From the NCBI GenBank assembly GCA_052035195.1, contig JBPOHU010000006.1, positions 1 to 46,430 of the forward strand: a stretch of DNA of 46,430 nt. The letters run 5' to 3'. The notes below the pieces were generated by a model. The model did not search any database. It had not been told where the DNA came from and was given only the letters and a program-made list of their open reading frames with translations. How positions within the stretch are numbered: the stretch's first letter is position 1; each line of letters opens with the position of its first letter. Of this stretch, positions 1 to 11,100 are shown piece after piece. The position numbers were made by a program, and so were the translations under genes. Origin of the DNA: Candidatus Nomurabacteria bacterium (GTDB lineage Bacteria > Patescibacteriota > Minisyncoccia > Phycocordibacterales > UBA9973).

Positions 1-2079
1 ATTGGTTGTAGTATTTCCACTTGTTGAGAGGTACAGGGCACTCGATGTAGTGTAAAATCCTACATCATTTGCTGTACCGTTATAGTTTCTCATTATGCCG
101 TGACCAGAGTTACCAAAATACAATGCCCCCTCTGTGTTTGATGCAGTACCAACAGTGATGATCGGGCTTGCGCCACGCACATCAAGAAGAGTTGCTGGGC
201 CCGATGTCCCGATACCAACGTTGCCACTTCCATCAATACTGAAATCATCGTTTGTACCAAATGCAGTTCTTGCAATGATGAAACGATCGTTGTTTGAGTC
301 ATCGACACCCATGATGTAAGAGGTGGTACCATCAGCAAGTTCAAATTTGATATACGGATCAGTGTCTGTACCCAAAGAAGTGATCGCAAGACCTGCTGAA
401 GCAGTTGCGCTGTGAATGTTGAGAAGGTCATCTGGTGTAGCATCACCGATACCAACATTTCCATTAAATATATGGTCTACGGAATCAAAAGTTAATGTCT
501 GTGCGAGAGCATCTCCAGTAATTGAAACACTTGGATTAGTATCATCATCAGCAGAAAGAAGAAACGAAACATTTGTTCCTACTAAATCACCTCTTAGGTA
601 AAGTCCTGATTGAGCATCTCCATCTGATGATCTAATCAATGATTCAAAACCATCCCCATTACCTCCTATAAATAAAGATTGAACACCTGTACCATTTCTC
701 CAGTACCAACTACCTGAAGCCTGACTTAACTCATACATTACATTTACTGAACTACCAACAGTTGTAGTGAAGTAGTTTGTCTCGTCGTATCCAACTCTTA
801 GTTGTTCTGTAGTTTTTACAACCTCTAATGCAGCTGAAGGTGCTGTTGTGCCAATACCAACATTACCTCCTGCTGGGTTCAAGAGAAGATCAGCTGGGCC
901 GTTATCAAACCAACCCTGAATTCGACCAATATCTGTAGCGAGATCTTCTACACCAAAAGAGATACCCGCATCTCCAGTAGATTTAAACAATTTCAAAAGA
1001 GTGCTAGCAGAAGAAGAATTTATGTATAGAGGGATTGAAGCATCCGCAGCCCCGATTCCAACACTTCCATTTTCAAAAAGTGCTGCAACATTTTCAGTTC
1101 CACCAGTTGCAGATGCGTATAGAGCTATGTTTAATGTTGCCGCTCCTGTGTTTGAGAAATACCCAGCATAGTCAGTACCTGATGTTGCACCTGTTTGTAA
1201 AACTTCAAGTGCTTTATTTCCTGCAGTTGTTGAGTTTGTGGAGATAGAAACTATATCGTTCGCAGTTGTTGGCGAAAGAGTTGTCCCGCTTCTTTGCCAA
1301 AAAGCTGAAGCGGTAATATCAGAAGTTAGTGCCACTGTTCCAGAAGCGTTTGGAAGTGTCCATGTCCTCGCTGAAGTTAAATCAGCATTTGTGATAGTCC
1401 CATCAAATCTTGCAGCTCCTCCTGCTGTTACAGAAAAGACGAGTCTGTCATCTGTCGATGTAGCAGTGCTGACAGTTAGCCCTCCAGAAGAAATAGCCCC
1501 TGCCATGTTTAGAGCACCAGAGTTTAAAACTGGGATATTATTTCCTGTTGGTGTTTGACTTGGAGTGAATCCTCCAACTGTTCGAGAGTTGATTGCAAAA
1601 CCAGAAGAGACCACTTGTTGTCTTGGAGATAGAGTTTCAAAAGATACACCAGAACATGAACTTGCTACTTGAGCTGCAACTTCAACATTTACAAAAACTT
1701 GATCATCATCAAAAGCATATCCTGCCAAACTATCACCACCAGCAGAAACGTCCCCGATGTTTCCATTGAAAACTCCTTCACGAGTCAAGATAGTCATAGT
1801 GCTCGGAGTACCAGCTGGCCAAACCTTTGATCCTCCTGTCGAAGCATTGTAAAGTGAAAAACGATAACAGTAGTTTGTACCACTTGGCCCACCGAGAAGA
1901 TCCCCGCTATTGTCCATCAGTCTACCTTGGAAATTTATAATACTCGGAACCCCTGCAGCAGCATTCGCTATAGAAGCAAAATTAGAAAAAATTATTGAGG
2001 TCAAAATACAAAAAGCAACTACACCTACGTGGAGCTTTTTCGCAAAAAACAAACTGTGAAATTTTGTATAGAATTTCAT
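1..2079 (-). CDS. Large secreted surface protein with tail-fibre-like G-N-V-G-I-G repeats; C-terminus cut by the window edge
   Basis: Absent from the ORF track because there is no stop in the window. Manual translation from the ATG at 2079 gives [43 protein letters not shown] (signal-peptide-like). The frame stays open for 693 codons to position 1. Units like [34 protein letters not shown] and [18 protein letters not shown] recur, as in tail-fibre-domain proteins. Confidence 0.7.
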   Translation of the reverse strand, partial: MKFYTKFHSLFFAKKLHVGVVAFCILTSIIFSNFASIANAAAGVPSIINFQGRLMDNSGDLLGGPSGTNYCYRFSLYNASTGGSKVWPAGTPSTMTILTREGVFNGNIGDVSAGGDSLAGYAFDDDQVFVNVEVAAQVASSCSGVSFETLSPRQQVVSSGFAINSRTVGGFTPSQTPTGNNIPVLNSGALNMAGAISSGGLTVSTATSTDDRLVFSVTAGGAARFDGTITNADLTSARTWTLPNASGTVALTSDITASAFWQRSGTTLSPTTANDIVSISTNSTTAGNKALEVLQTGATSGTDYAGYFSNTGAATLNIALYASATGGTENVAALFENGSVGIGAADASIPLYINSSSASTLLKLFKSTGDAGISFGVEDLATDIGRIQGWFDNGPADLLLNPAGGNVGIGTTAPSAALEVVKTTEQLRVGYDETNYFTTTVGSSVNVMYELSQASGSWYWRNGTGVQSLFIGGNGDGFESLIRSSDGDAQSGLYLRGDLVGTNVSFLLSADDDTNPSVSITGDALAQTLTFDSVDHIFNGNVGIGDATPDDLLNIHSATASAGLAITSLGTDTDPYIKFELADGTTSYIMGVDDSNNDRFIIARTAFGTNDDFSIDGSGNVGIGTSGPATLLDVRGASPIITVGTASNTEGALYFGNSGHGIMRNYNGTANDVGFYTTSSALYLSTSGNTTTN

Positions 2080-2162
2080 TCGTTCTACCCTTATATTTTA
2101 ACACAAAGAGCCCTCTCTATGCATATATAAATAGTAAAAAATTTGTGTATAACTTTATGCAC

Positions 2163-2192
2163 AAAAAATCACCCCTTGCAAGGAGTGATTTT
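2163..2192 (-). terminator. Intrinsic terminator after the 223-aa CxxC protein gene
   Basis: Hairpin aatcacccctt/aaggagtgatt (one mismatch), followed on the minus strand by a T-run. Confidence 0.55.
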
Positions 2193-2206
2193 GAAGATTT
2201 TTTTTA

Positions 2207-2878
2207 TTAGTTCGAGGTCTTTTTTGTTACTGTTTTTTGAGGATTTGTTAACTCTTTTGGGAGGAGCATTTCTAGTTCTTCAACTGTTTTAAAACCGCTA
2301 ACAGTTTTGCCATTTACAACCAAAGACGGTAATGAATTTTGGATTTTATATATAGAATTCAAGGCTTTTATGGTTGAAAGGTCTAAGTTGTAATCAAAAG
2401 AATAAACCCTGAGAGCTGAGTATTTTTCTCTGAGTGCATCCAAAACATAACCCTGCTTTACACACTCGCTACAAGCATCTTTACTTCCATAGAAGTAAAA
2501 AACTGTGTTGATTTTCTGCTTACATCTCTCCGCAATCCTTTTGGTGAGCAAAAAGTCCTTGACCTGTAGTATAGTATACTGCTTTTTCAACAGCTCTACC
2601 TCATCTCTGTTGCCCGTTGTTTGTTCAGTATAGGAAATCTTGTCCGCAATGGTTGCTATCTCTTTTGAAAGGACTGAGTTACTAAGGTCCTGACAAGAAA
2701 GCTCTTCGAGTAGAGAAAACTGCGTTTCAGAAGAGAGTATATCTATTGCTATTTTGTTTTGGATGTCTTTTATTTGATTTATTTTTTTATTATTAACATA
2801 TGAACTCAAATACCAACCAACGGCAAAGATCCCGCATGTTACTAAAAAAACAAAAAAATATTTTTGGAAACCTTTCAT
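2207..2878 (-). CDS. Membrane-anchored thioredoxin/glutaredoxin-fold protein (CxxC)
   Basis: N-terminal TM helix (FFVFLVTCGIFAVGWYL). C-terminal region has FYFYGSKDACSECVKQG (CSEC motif) and LPSLVVNGKTVSGF, typical of Trx/Grx folds. Confidence 0.55.
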   Translation of the reverse strand: MKGFQKYFFVFLVTCGIFAVGWYLSSYVNNKKINQIKDIQNKIAIDILSSETQFSLLEELSCQDLSNSVLSKEIATIADKISYTEQTTGNRDEVELLKKQYTILQVKDFLLTKRIAERCKQKINTVFYFYGSKDACSECVKQGYVLDALREKYSALRVYSFDYNLDLSTIKALNSIYKIQNSLPSLVVNGKTVSGFKTVEELEMLLPKELTNPQKTVTKKTSN

Positions 2879-2892
2879 CTAATTATTTTTGG

Positions 2893-4140
2893 TTAACGCC
2901 ATTTTGGCTGACCTGCTTTAGTAATTGTATTCCAAACTGCCTTTAAAAGCCATATCGGAGCAATAACACTATAGATTAGCAGATAAGGAACGATATGCCA
3001 ATTTATCGCCTTACTTTGTTTGGAGAGTTTTGTCCCAACAATGATTGAGAAGATGACCATTGAATAAAGTATCACTGAAATAAAAAATATAGTTTTTGTA
3101 TTGATAAAAAACAAATCAAAGTGCGGAGAAAACGTTAGATCAAAACCTTTGATAGATATTTCGGTTATCTTTTTTATTATGAATAAAATAAAGTTGTACA
3201 AAAGAGCAAAAGAGAGATAACAAACAGCGATGATAGATATAATCCCCGAAGGAAGAGTAAAAAAAGAAAAGTTTCCATACTTTGTTCTAAATATCAACCT
3301 TCGATAATCAATGGTGTTGTTAATAAATCCATAAATCCATCTAAGCCTTTGTTTATAAAGCTTTTTTACAGTATTTGGAGTTGAGGTAAAGACATAAGCA
3401 GTATGACAGTGGTCGATTTTTAAATGATGCTCTTGCATACGATATGCTATTTCTTGATCTTCAGTATTGTGAGCTTTGCGAAACTTTCCTATTTTTTGAA
3501 AAACCTCTTTTCGATAAACAGAAAAGGGTCCGGGTGTTACATGTATCGCCCCAAGATAAGCCAGCATACGTTTGTTGTAAGTACTCATGTTGTACTCAAC
3601 TCTTTGTGCATACTGCAAAATATTTTTTGGTTTGTTCACTATGAGTGATGGTGCCACTGCCATAGTCTCTGGCTTTTTTTGGAAAACATTTATCATTCTC
3701 TTTAGCGCATCTGGAGCAACAAAAGAATCAGCATCAAGACAAGAAATAAAATCTGCTTTTGTATTGTCTATACCGAAGTTCACTGCGGTATGCTTACCGC
3801 CATTTTCTTTTTGGAAAATTCTAACCTGTGGATGGTCTTTGTACCTGAGCATTTCTTGCCAAGTGTCATCTGTAGACCCGTCGTCAACAACGATCAACTC
3901 CAGTTTGTCTTTTGGATAATCCAAGTTTAAAAGAGACTCTATAGTTCCGTGAACTGTTGTGCCTTCATTCCAAGCTGGCACTATCACCGCCACAGTTGGA
4001 AATTCTGTCAAAACAGGTAGGTCTTCATCGTGGAGCTTATTGAGGTGTTTTCGGCGTTCAAAAAAAGTAACCATGAAAAAAACCTGCACATAAAGGGCCA
4101 AAAAGACTATTGTGTACATAGCTATTTCTGAAAACGGCAT
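2893..4140 (-). CDS. Family 2 glycosyltransferase, processive-synthase type (PgaC/NodC/cellulose-synthase-like)
   Basis: Motifs VVDDGSTDDT, CLDADS, TEDQE and QRLRW, plus multiple C-terminal TM helices. The track ORF starts at a TTG (4149); the ATG at 4140 (MPFSEIAMY) is preferred. Confidence 0.85.
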   Translation of the reverse strand: MPFSEIAMYTIVFLALYVQVFFMVTFFERRKHLNKLHDEDLPVLTEFPTVAVIVPAWNEGTTVHGTIESLLNLDYPKDKLELIVVDDGSTDDTWQEMLRYKDHPQVRIFQKENGGKHTAVNFGIDNTKADFISCLDADSFVAPDALKRMINVFQKKPETMAVAPSLIVNKPKNILQYAQRVEYNMSTYNKRMLAYLGAIHVTPGPFSVYRKEVFQKIGKFRKAHNTEDQEIAYRMQEHHLKIDHCHTAYVFTSTPNTVKKLYKQRLRWIYGFINNTIDYRRLIFRTKYGNFSFFTLPSGIISIIAVCYLSFALLYNFILFIIKKITEISIKGFDLTFSPHFDLFFINTKTIFFISVILYSMVIFSIIVGTKLSKQSKAINWHIVPYLLIYSVIAPIWLLKAVWNTITKAGQPKWR

Positions 4141-4183
4141 GTATAACAAATTAGCATATTTTGCGCTATACTGCTAGGCATGG

Positions 4184-4304
4184 ATCACGTACGAAACCGC
4201 GGTCACGGTTATGTATGCTGACACAGTATGGTATTCTCAATATCATTTTTAATAAATTAATTCAATAACAGGAAGCGCCGATCGCAACCTGTTTCGTACG
4301 TGAT
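4184..4304. repeat. 14-bp perfect inverted repeat pair (ATCACGTACGAAAC / GTTTCGTACGTGAT) spanning the divergent GT2/DsbA-like intergenic region
   Basis: Arms lie at 4184-4197 and 4291-4304. The right arm covers the first two bases of the ATG at 4303. The region is locally GC-rich with CCGCGG, CGATCG and CGTACG palindromes in an otherwise AT-rich spacer. Confidence 0.6.
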
Positions 4305-5022
4305 GGAACAAGAACAAAACACAAACCCAGAAGTTAAAAAGTTAAACATCAGTACACCGGCAGCTATTATCACCGCCGGAGTGCTCATTGCTGTTGCTCT
4401 TATATTTTCAGGAAAAGGTAATGACATTATAAAAAAACCTTCCACCAATGAAAATGTAACGGAAACAAAACCAGTAGAAACAGTATCTCTTAGACAAGAT
4501 GATCATGTTTTTGGAGATTTGAATAAAGCTGAGGTTGTGATAGTAGAATACTCAGATAGTGACTGTCCATTTTGCCAACGTTTTCATCAAAGCATGAAAG
4601 ATGTTATTAAAGACTACGGAACAAAAGTTGCTTGGGTATACAGATATTTTCCTCTTAGTATTCACGCCAACGCTGGCAACGAAGCTATCGCACTAGAGTG
4701 CTCTGCTGAGCTTGGTGGTAACGATGTCTTTTGGAAATATTTGGATGAAGTTATAGAAATCACTGTCTCACCAGAGAAAAGTGCAAACATCCTAACTAGT
4801 ACCGCCGTAAGATTGGGGCTTGATGAAAAACTATTTAGTAAATGCTTAACTAGCCAAAGCGTTGCTAAAAAAATTGCTGATCAAAGTGCTGAGGCCCAAG
4901 CACTCGGCGCTCGGGGTACACCATATAGCATTGTTATAAACAAAAAAAATGAACAAGTAGCAATCCCAGGAGCTTACCCAATAGAAGAAATCAAGAAAAT
5001 AATAGACGGATTGATGAAATAA
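4303..5022 (+). CDS. DsbA-family thiol:disulfide oxidoreductase, membrane-anchored
   Basis: TM helix (AAIITAGVLIAVALIF), then YSDSDCPFCQRF (CPFC active site) and GTPYSIVIN, typical of DsbA/thioredoxin-like proteins. Confidence 0.8.
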   Translation: MEQEQNTNPEVKKLNISTPAAIITAGVLIAVALIFSGKGNDIIKKPSTNENVTETKPVETVSLRQDDHVFGDLNKAEVVIVEYSDSDCPFCQRFHQSMKDVIKDYGTKVAWVYRYFPLSIHANAGNEAIALECSAELGGNDVFWKYLDEVIEITVSPEKSANILTSTAVRLGLDEKLFSKCLTSQSVAKKIADQSAEAQALGARGTPYSIVINKKNEQVAIPGAYPIEEIKKIIDGLMK

Positions 5023-5030
5023 TAAACACT

Positions 5031-5059
5031 AAAAAACCCTTACAATGTAAGGGTTTTTT
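5031..5059. terminator. Bidirectional intrinsic terminator between the dsbA-like gene (+) and rpoD (-)
   Basis: aaaaaacccttac-aat-gtaagggtttttt: a stem flanked by an A-run and a T-run. Confidence 0.7.
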
Positions 5060-5069
5060 AGTTATTTAT

Positions 5070-6410
5070 TTAATCAAAATAATTTCTTAACTTTTGAATT
5101 TTATCGTTTTGTCTTAGTTTTTCATGAACCTTAGCTTCGATTTGCCTGATACGTTCACGAGTGACACCAAACTCTTTACCTACTTCTTCGAGAGTGTGTT
5201 GTACACCATCGACGAGTCCATAACGCATCTCCAAGATTCTTCGCTCTTTAGGAGAGAGTTCTGCCAAGACAGCACCCATTTGCTCTTTGAGCATGTTGCG
5301 TGTAGCTTCTTGGTCTGGGCGAAGAAGCTTGTCATCTGGTATAAATTCTCCAAAAGTAGACTTGTCTTCATCGTCTCCTATTGGTTGTTCGAGAGATCGA
5401 GTCTCTTGATTGATTTGTTCAATCACATGTACTTTTTCTACTTCTATCCCCATTTCATTAGCAATCTCTTCGGCTACTGGATCACGGCCCAAATCTTGTC
5501 CAAGTCTACGCACGACTTGTTTGTATTTTGAAATAGTTTCAACCATGTGCACTGGGATTCGAATAGTTCGAGATTGATCAGCAAGAGCGCGAGTTATGGA
5601 CTGACGTATCCACCAAGTAGCATAAGTTGAGAACTTGTAACCTTTGGTCCAGTCGAACTTCTCTACCGCCTTAAAGAGGCCGATATTTCCCTCTTGGATA
5701 AGATCAAGTAGGGTCAAATCAGCTGTTCTGTTGGCATATTTTTTGGCGATAGAAACCACAAGTCTAAGGTTTGCTCTAGCTAGCAGGTTCTTGGCTTCCA
5801 AGTCTCCAGCAGCGATACGACGAGCAAAATCCTTCTCTTGAGCAGCATTGATCAGAGCATACTGCCCGATATCTTTGAGGTACATTTGTACAGAAGAAAA
5901 AGTGTGCGTGTCTTTTACATACTTCGAAAGATCTTCTGTATTGTCGACATCGAGTAAGTTTCCTCCTTCTAGGACATCTATCCCAGCAACAGCAAACTTT
6001 TCGTATATTTCGTCCAGAAAAGCGATGTTGTTTTCAATATCTGGGAACATCTTCAAAATCTCATCATAAGTGATGAAACCTCGCTTTTTACCTTTGACCA
6101 AAAGCTCACCCGCTTTTACCTCCATCTCTTGCAATTTCTTTGCAGAGTTGGCTTCCTTGCGAGGAGTAGAACCGGCATGACGGATTGTTATTGGTTTCGG
6201 CTTTATCTTTTCTTTTGTTTTGGAAACCACCTTTTTTACTGGTTTCTTTGTGGCTTTACTTTTTACTAAAATCTTCTTTTTTGGAGTAGTCTTTTTATTA
6301 TTAGCAGTTTTCTTTGCTAAAACCTTTTTTGGCTTGTTTTTTGTTCCACCTTTGGGTGGAGTTTTTTTAGTTACCTTTTTCTTTTGTATTTTCTTATTTG
6401 TCTTTGGCAT
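5070..6410 (-). CDS. rpoD: RNA polymerase primary sigma factor (sigma-70) with a Lys-rich N-terminal extension
   Basis: Conserved regions [35 protein letters not shown] (2.x) and [23 protein letters not shown] (4.2). The N-terminal roughly 80 aa is K/P/T-rich low complexity. Confidence 0.95.
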   Translation of the reverse strand: MPKTNKKIQKKKVTKKTPPKGGTKNKPKKVLAKKTANNKKTTPKKKILVKSKATKKPVKKVVSKTKEKIKPKPITIRHAGSTPRKEANSAKKLQEMEVKAGELLVKGKKRGFITYDEILKMFPDIENNIAFLDEIYEKFAVAGIDVLEGGNLLDVDNTEDLSKYVKDTHTFSSVQMYLKDIGQYALINAAQEKDFARRIAAGDLEAKNLLARANLRLVVSIAKKYANRTADLTLLDLIQEGNIGLFKAVEKFDWTKGYKFSTYATWWIRQSITRALADQSRTIRIPVHMVETISKYKQVVRRLGQDLGRDPVAEEIANEMGIEVEKVHVIEQINQETRSLEQPIGDDEDKSTFGEFIPDDKLLRPDQEATRNMLKEQMGAVLAELSPKERRILEMRYGLVDGVQHTLEEVGKEFGVTRERIRQIEAKVHEKLRQNDKIQKLRNYFD

Positions 6411-6471
6411 ATTTCTATTGCATCATCTACAAAAAAACCTTATTTGTCAAGCATAAAAGTTACTTTATACT

Positions 6472-8190
6472 TCAAGCGCTATTATTGCGCTCATGTCGAC
6501 TCTTTATAATCTCATTTAATATAGTGGTTATCCTAGATACCTCTTCTTCATTTCCCCCAACTTCTGCTTGTTTCAACTCTTTCATATAAGAAACTCTCAT
6601 AGATGAAAGGAACTCTTGCAAAACACTCTCTACCAACTCCTTTGCTACTTTTTCTTGATCTTCTTTTTTAAGATTTCCATACTCTTGCTCAACAACAATA
6701 AGCGCTTTGCTTAACCTATCTTCGTCTACCGATGGTGCTGAGAAAACCAACCCTCCAATAGAAACAGTGTTTAATTCTTCTGAGATCTTCTCTATACTCT
6801 CCCCGCCAAACCTCTGCCTTAGAGCGATCAGTCGTTCATATGCTGATAAATCTTTATTTTTATTTACAGAGATGACCATATCATCCTTTGGTAAGTCTAC
6901 AAAACTCTGTTTAAGCTCTTGATCTATAGTTTCTGCTGGCATCTCTATTTCTTTAGCGATTTTATTGATGTATATATTTCTTTCCATCGGAGAGAGGACT
7001 TTGGCCAAGAATGGAAAAAGTTTTTGTTTTATGTTTTTAACAAAAGCATGAGGAGAGCTAGACTGTGCTTTGATGATATCAAGATGATGATCTATAAAGT
7101 GCTTGGCTTCTTTGAGTCTTTCTTTCCAAGCTTCAGGGCCGTTTGCCAAAATATAATCCGCAGGGTCAAGACCACTTGGCAAAACCACTACTTTTGGATT
7201 CATACCGAGAGACAGAGCAACCAGTGCGGCCCTATCCATCGCCTTTTGCCCCGCTTCGTCCCCATCAAAAGCCAAAAAGATATTTGAGGTTAGTCTAGAA
7301 ACTATAGAGAGATTTGAAAACGGGTCCTTAGCTGACTCCGCGGAAACAGCAGTCCCAGAAGTAGCCACAGTATTTTTAAACCCCGCTTGGTGAGAAAATA
7401 CCAAATCCATTTGTCCTTCAACCAAAATAACAAAGTTATGCTTTTTGATATGTATTTTAGCTTTATCAAAACCAAAAAGAGTTTTTGATTTTTGAAAAAC
7501 TTCTGTTTCCGGAGAGTTCAAATACTTTGGACCATCATCACTTTGTGGGAAAATTCTACCAGAGAAAGCGATGACGCGTGAACTACTATCGCATATAGGA
7601 AACATTATCCTAGAGCGAAATCTATCATAGACTTTGGTTTGTTTTGAGCTTGGATCTTCTACTGATTTAGTTAACCCTGCTTTTAAAGCCAAGGCTTTTT
7701 CTTTTGTATCTTTACAAACATTTTCAATGGTCCGCCATTCATTTGGCGCATAACCTATACGAAAATCCGAGATTGTTTCTTTGCTCAATCCTCTTTTCTC
7801 CAAATAGTTAAGTGCTTCTTTATTGTCCTTTAGAAGATTTTGATAAATCAAAGTCGCCTTCTCAAGAGCTTGGTAGATACCGTCGTCATCAGAGTTGTTA
7901 CTTGAGTATCCAGTGAGCGTAACTCCTGCTCTCTCCGCTAAGACCTTAAGAGCTCCTTTTTTGTCTAGACCTTCAAATTGCTCTACAAAAGTAAAGATGT
8001 CTCCTTTTGCACCACAACCAAAACAATAGTATAGGTTGCGCTCTGGAGAAATATAAAACGAAGGAGTCCGTTCGTTATGAAACGGACATTTCGCCTTATA
8101 CTGAGGACCATTTGGGACAAGCGTTATATAGGAAGACAGAACTTCGGTAATAGGCAATCGATCTTTTATAGTCTCGAATACCGTTTTCAT
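6472..8190 (-). CDS. dnaG: DNA primase
   Basis: Zinc-ribbon CPFHNERTPSFYISPERNLYYCFGCGAKGD and Toprim EGQMDLV...FDGDEAGQKA. Ends in TGA. The start is 3 nt after the rpoC stop. Confidence 0.95.
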   Translation of the reverse strand: MKTVFETIKDRLPITEVLSSYITLVPNGPQYKAKCPFHNERTPSFYISPERNLYYCFGCGAKGDIFTFVEQFEGLDKKGALKVLAERAGVTLTGYSSNNSDDDGIYQALEKATLIYQNLLKDNKEALNYLEKRGLSKETISDFRIGYAPNEWRTIENVCKDTKEKALALKAGLTKSVEDPSSKQTKVYDRFRSRIMFPICDSSSRVIAFSGRIFPQSDDGPKYLNSPETEVFQKSKTLFGFDKAKIHIKKHNFVILVEGQMDLVFSHQAGFKNTVATSGTAVSAESAKDPFSNLSIVSRLTSNIFLAFDGDEAGQKAMDRAALVALSLGMNPKVVVLPSGLDPADYILANGPEAWKERLKEAKHFIDHHLDIIKAQSSSPHAFVKNIKQKLFPFLAKVLSPMERNIYINKIAKEIEMPAETIDQELKQSFVDLPKDDMVISVNKNKDLSAYERLIALRQRFGGESIEKISEELNTVSIGGLVFSAPSVDEDRLSKALIVVEQEYGNLKKEDQEKVAKELVESVLQEFLSSMRVSYMKELKQAEVGGNEEEVSRITTILNEIIKSRHERNNSA

Positions 8191-8193
8191 CCT

Positions 8194-11100
8194 TTATTCC
8201 TCTTGGTTCTTAACGTTGTTAACTTTGAAGATTTCTCTTTCTTTAAATCCAGTACCTGCAGGAATCAATCGTCCAACAGTGACATTTTCTTTTAGACCTC
8301 GGAGATTATCTTTTCCTCCACGGATTGCGTTGTTGATAAGCACGCGGTTTGTATTTTGGAATGAAGCTGCAGAAATCCAAGATTTTGCAAACAGAGCTGT
8401 TTGAGTAATACCTAGGATTATAAGATCAGCCTTTGCTTCTCTTAGTCCCATATCACGCATCTTTGCGTTCTCTTCGATAAGATCAGTGACTTCAACAACA
8501 TCTCCGATAGAGAATGTTGTATCCCCTGCATCTTTAACTCTACGTCTTGAGAACATTTGTCTAACGATTATTTCCAAGTGCTTACGAGCAATTGAGGCAC
8601 CTTGAAGTTCGTAAACTTTTGAAATTTCACGGATGATATAGTCTTCTGCCATTTCTCGTCCACCTGCCTCATAAACTTCTTCAATATTTGCAGATCCATC
8701 AGTAAGAAGTTCACCCCCTACTACTTCTTGCCCAACCTTTACTATAGGTACACGACGAGGATTAACGACATAGTCTACACTTTCTTTTTTAGCAGTTGAC
8801 TCACTAGAGAGTACAGAGATTATCTTTTCTACTCCTTCTTGCTTGATGTCAGTAACAGTACCTGCATATTTGTTAACAATAGCTGGGTTTTTGATTGTTC
8901 GACATTCAAAGATTTCTTCAACACGAGGAAGACCTGCAGTAATATCAACTCCCGCAACTCCACCGGCGTGGAATGTTCGAAGTGTAAGCTGAGTACCAGG
9001 CTCTCCGATAGCTTGAGCAGCCACGATACCTACGGCCTCACCGCGCTCTATCATGTGTCCACGACCGAGGTCTAGACCATAACAATTTCGGCAAATACCA
9101 TAAACTGTTTTACATGTCATTGGAGTACGTACAAAGACTTCTGTTACTCCTTTTTTCTCTACCAAAGTAGCGTCATCCTTAGAGATAAGGTGACCTTTTT
9201 TAAATAGAGTAGTTCCATCTGGTAGCACCAAATCTTTTGCCAAAATTCTTCCGCGAATATTTTTTGATAGTGGGATCTCAAAGCCAGAGATAGTCTCCTT
9301 TGTTATACGCTTAGCAAGTTTTGTACCACAATCCTCTTCAGTGATGATCACATCTTGTGCCACATCAACAAGTCTTCGAGTTAGGTATCCAGCACGAGCT
9401 GTGTTTAGAGCTGTGTCGGCAAGACCCTTACGAGATCCGTGAGTAGTAATGAAGTATTCAATCGGTGAAAGACCTTCCTTGTATGAAGGAATAATTGGGA
9501 AATCAATAGTGCGTCCAGTTGTGTTTTGGATCATACCTTTCATTCCAGCCATTTGAGTTACGTTACTCATACTTCCTCGAGCTCCAGATGTAATCATGTC
9601 GTAAACAGAACTGTGTTTTTCAACAGTAAGAGTAAGAGCTTTTTCGATTTCACTCTTAGCCTTGTTCCAGACCTCAATAACTTTTTGGAATCTTTCTTCT
9701 TCAGAGAGCAAACCTTCTTCAAACTGTGCCTTGATAGTAGCCTCTAGTGCTCTGTGTGTAGCGACAATCGCTGCTTTCTCTTTTGGCACAACAACGTTAT
9801 CAATACTCCAAGTTGTTCCAGAGATAGTTGCATATTTATAACCAAAGTTTTTGATTTTATCCAAAACTGGAGCAATAACTGGAATACCGAAGTCAGAAAT
9901 CATAGTATCAACAATACCGATGATTTTCTTGGCAGTGATCTCATCATTTATATAAGGAAATTCTCCTGGCAAAATAGCATTGAACAAAAGTCTTCCTGCT
10001 GTTGTTTCGAAAGGTTTATTTTCAAACTGAGCATACTTTTGACTATCTGTTCCAAGCACATAGATCTTTGCTCGGTATGAAAGCACGCCGAGGTCATGAG
10101 CCATCAAAGCTTCGTTTGGACTAGAGAAATACATTCCTTCACCTCGCTCTCCATCAACAACACTTGTCATCCAGTAACAACCAAGCACGATGTCTAGCAT
10201 TTTTGATGAAACGATAGGATCACCATTTTGTGGCTTGAGTAGGTTTTTGTCTGCTGCAACCAAAGTCTTGGCTTCGTGTTGAGATTGTTCAGAAAGTGGT
10301 AGATAAACTCCCATTTGGTCTCCATCGAAGTCCGCGTTAAAGGCAGGACAAACGAGAGGGTGGACTTGGATAGCATTACCTTCGATCAAAACAGGCATGA
10401 AAGCTTGAATACCAAGACGGTGAAGAGTTGGGGCACGGTTTAGCATCACATATTTGCCCTTGATAACTTCTTCAAGAATTGCCCAAACCTCTGGGACACC
10501 ATCTTCAATGAGTTTATTTGCTCCACGAATGTTGAAAGCAAGTTCTCGCGCAATAATCTTTGAGATTACAAAAGGCTTGAAGAGTTCGAGCGCCATGTGC
10601 TTTGGAAGACCACATTGATTTAGTTTTAGGTTTGGACCAACAACGATCACACTTCGTCCAGAGTAGTCTACACGCTTACCGAGAAGGTTTTGTCGGAAGA
10701 GACCTTGCTTGCTCTTTAGGTTATCAGAAAGAGATTTAAGAGCTCGTCTTTGAGCTTGGCTCATTGCAGGAGAATCTTGTCCGGCAATAGAGTTATCTAT
10801 CAAAGCGTCCACTGCTTCTTGCAAAATACGCTTTTCGTTTCGAAGGATCACGTCAGGCGCTCCAATTTCTTTGAGTTTTCTTAGACGATTGTTGCGGTTG
10901 ATAACACGACGATATAGGTCGTTGATATCAGAAGTTGCATGTCGACCTCCATCGAGAGCGACCATCGGTCTTAGTGCTGGTGGGATAACTGGCAAACGAC
11001 TTAAGAACATCCATTCAGGGCGAATGTTGGCATAAAGCATCGCGCGGATGAGAGAGAGTCTCTTGTTTAGTTTTTCTCGCTCTGCGGCACCTGCTTTTTC

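Noticed and set aside
4257-4448. 63-aa minus-strand ORF overlapping the start of the DsbA-like gene.
   Set aside because: It is antisense to a gene with clear motifs, and it runs through the intergenic inverted-repeat region. There is no support beyond being open.
6200-6410. A/T-rich low-complexity stretch with long plus-strand F-rich ORFs (6220-6456).
   Set aside because: It is the Lys/Pro/Thr-rich N-terminal extension of the sigma-70 gene read on the opposite strand.
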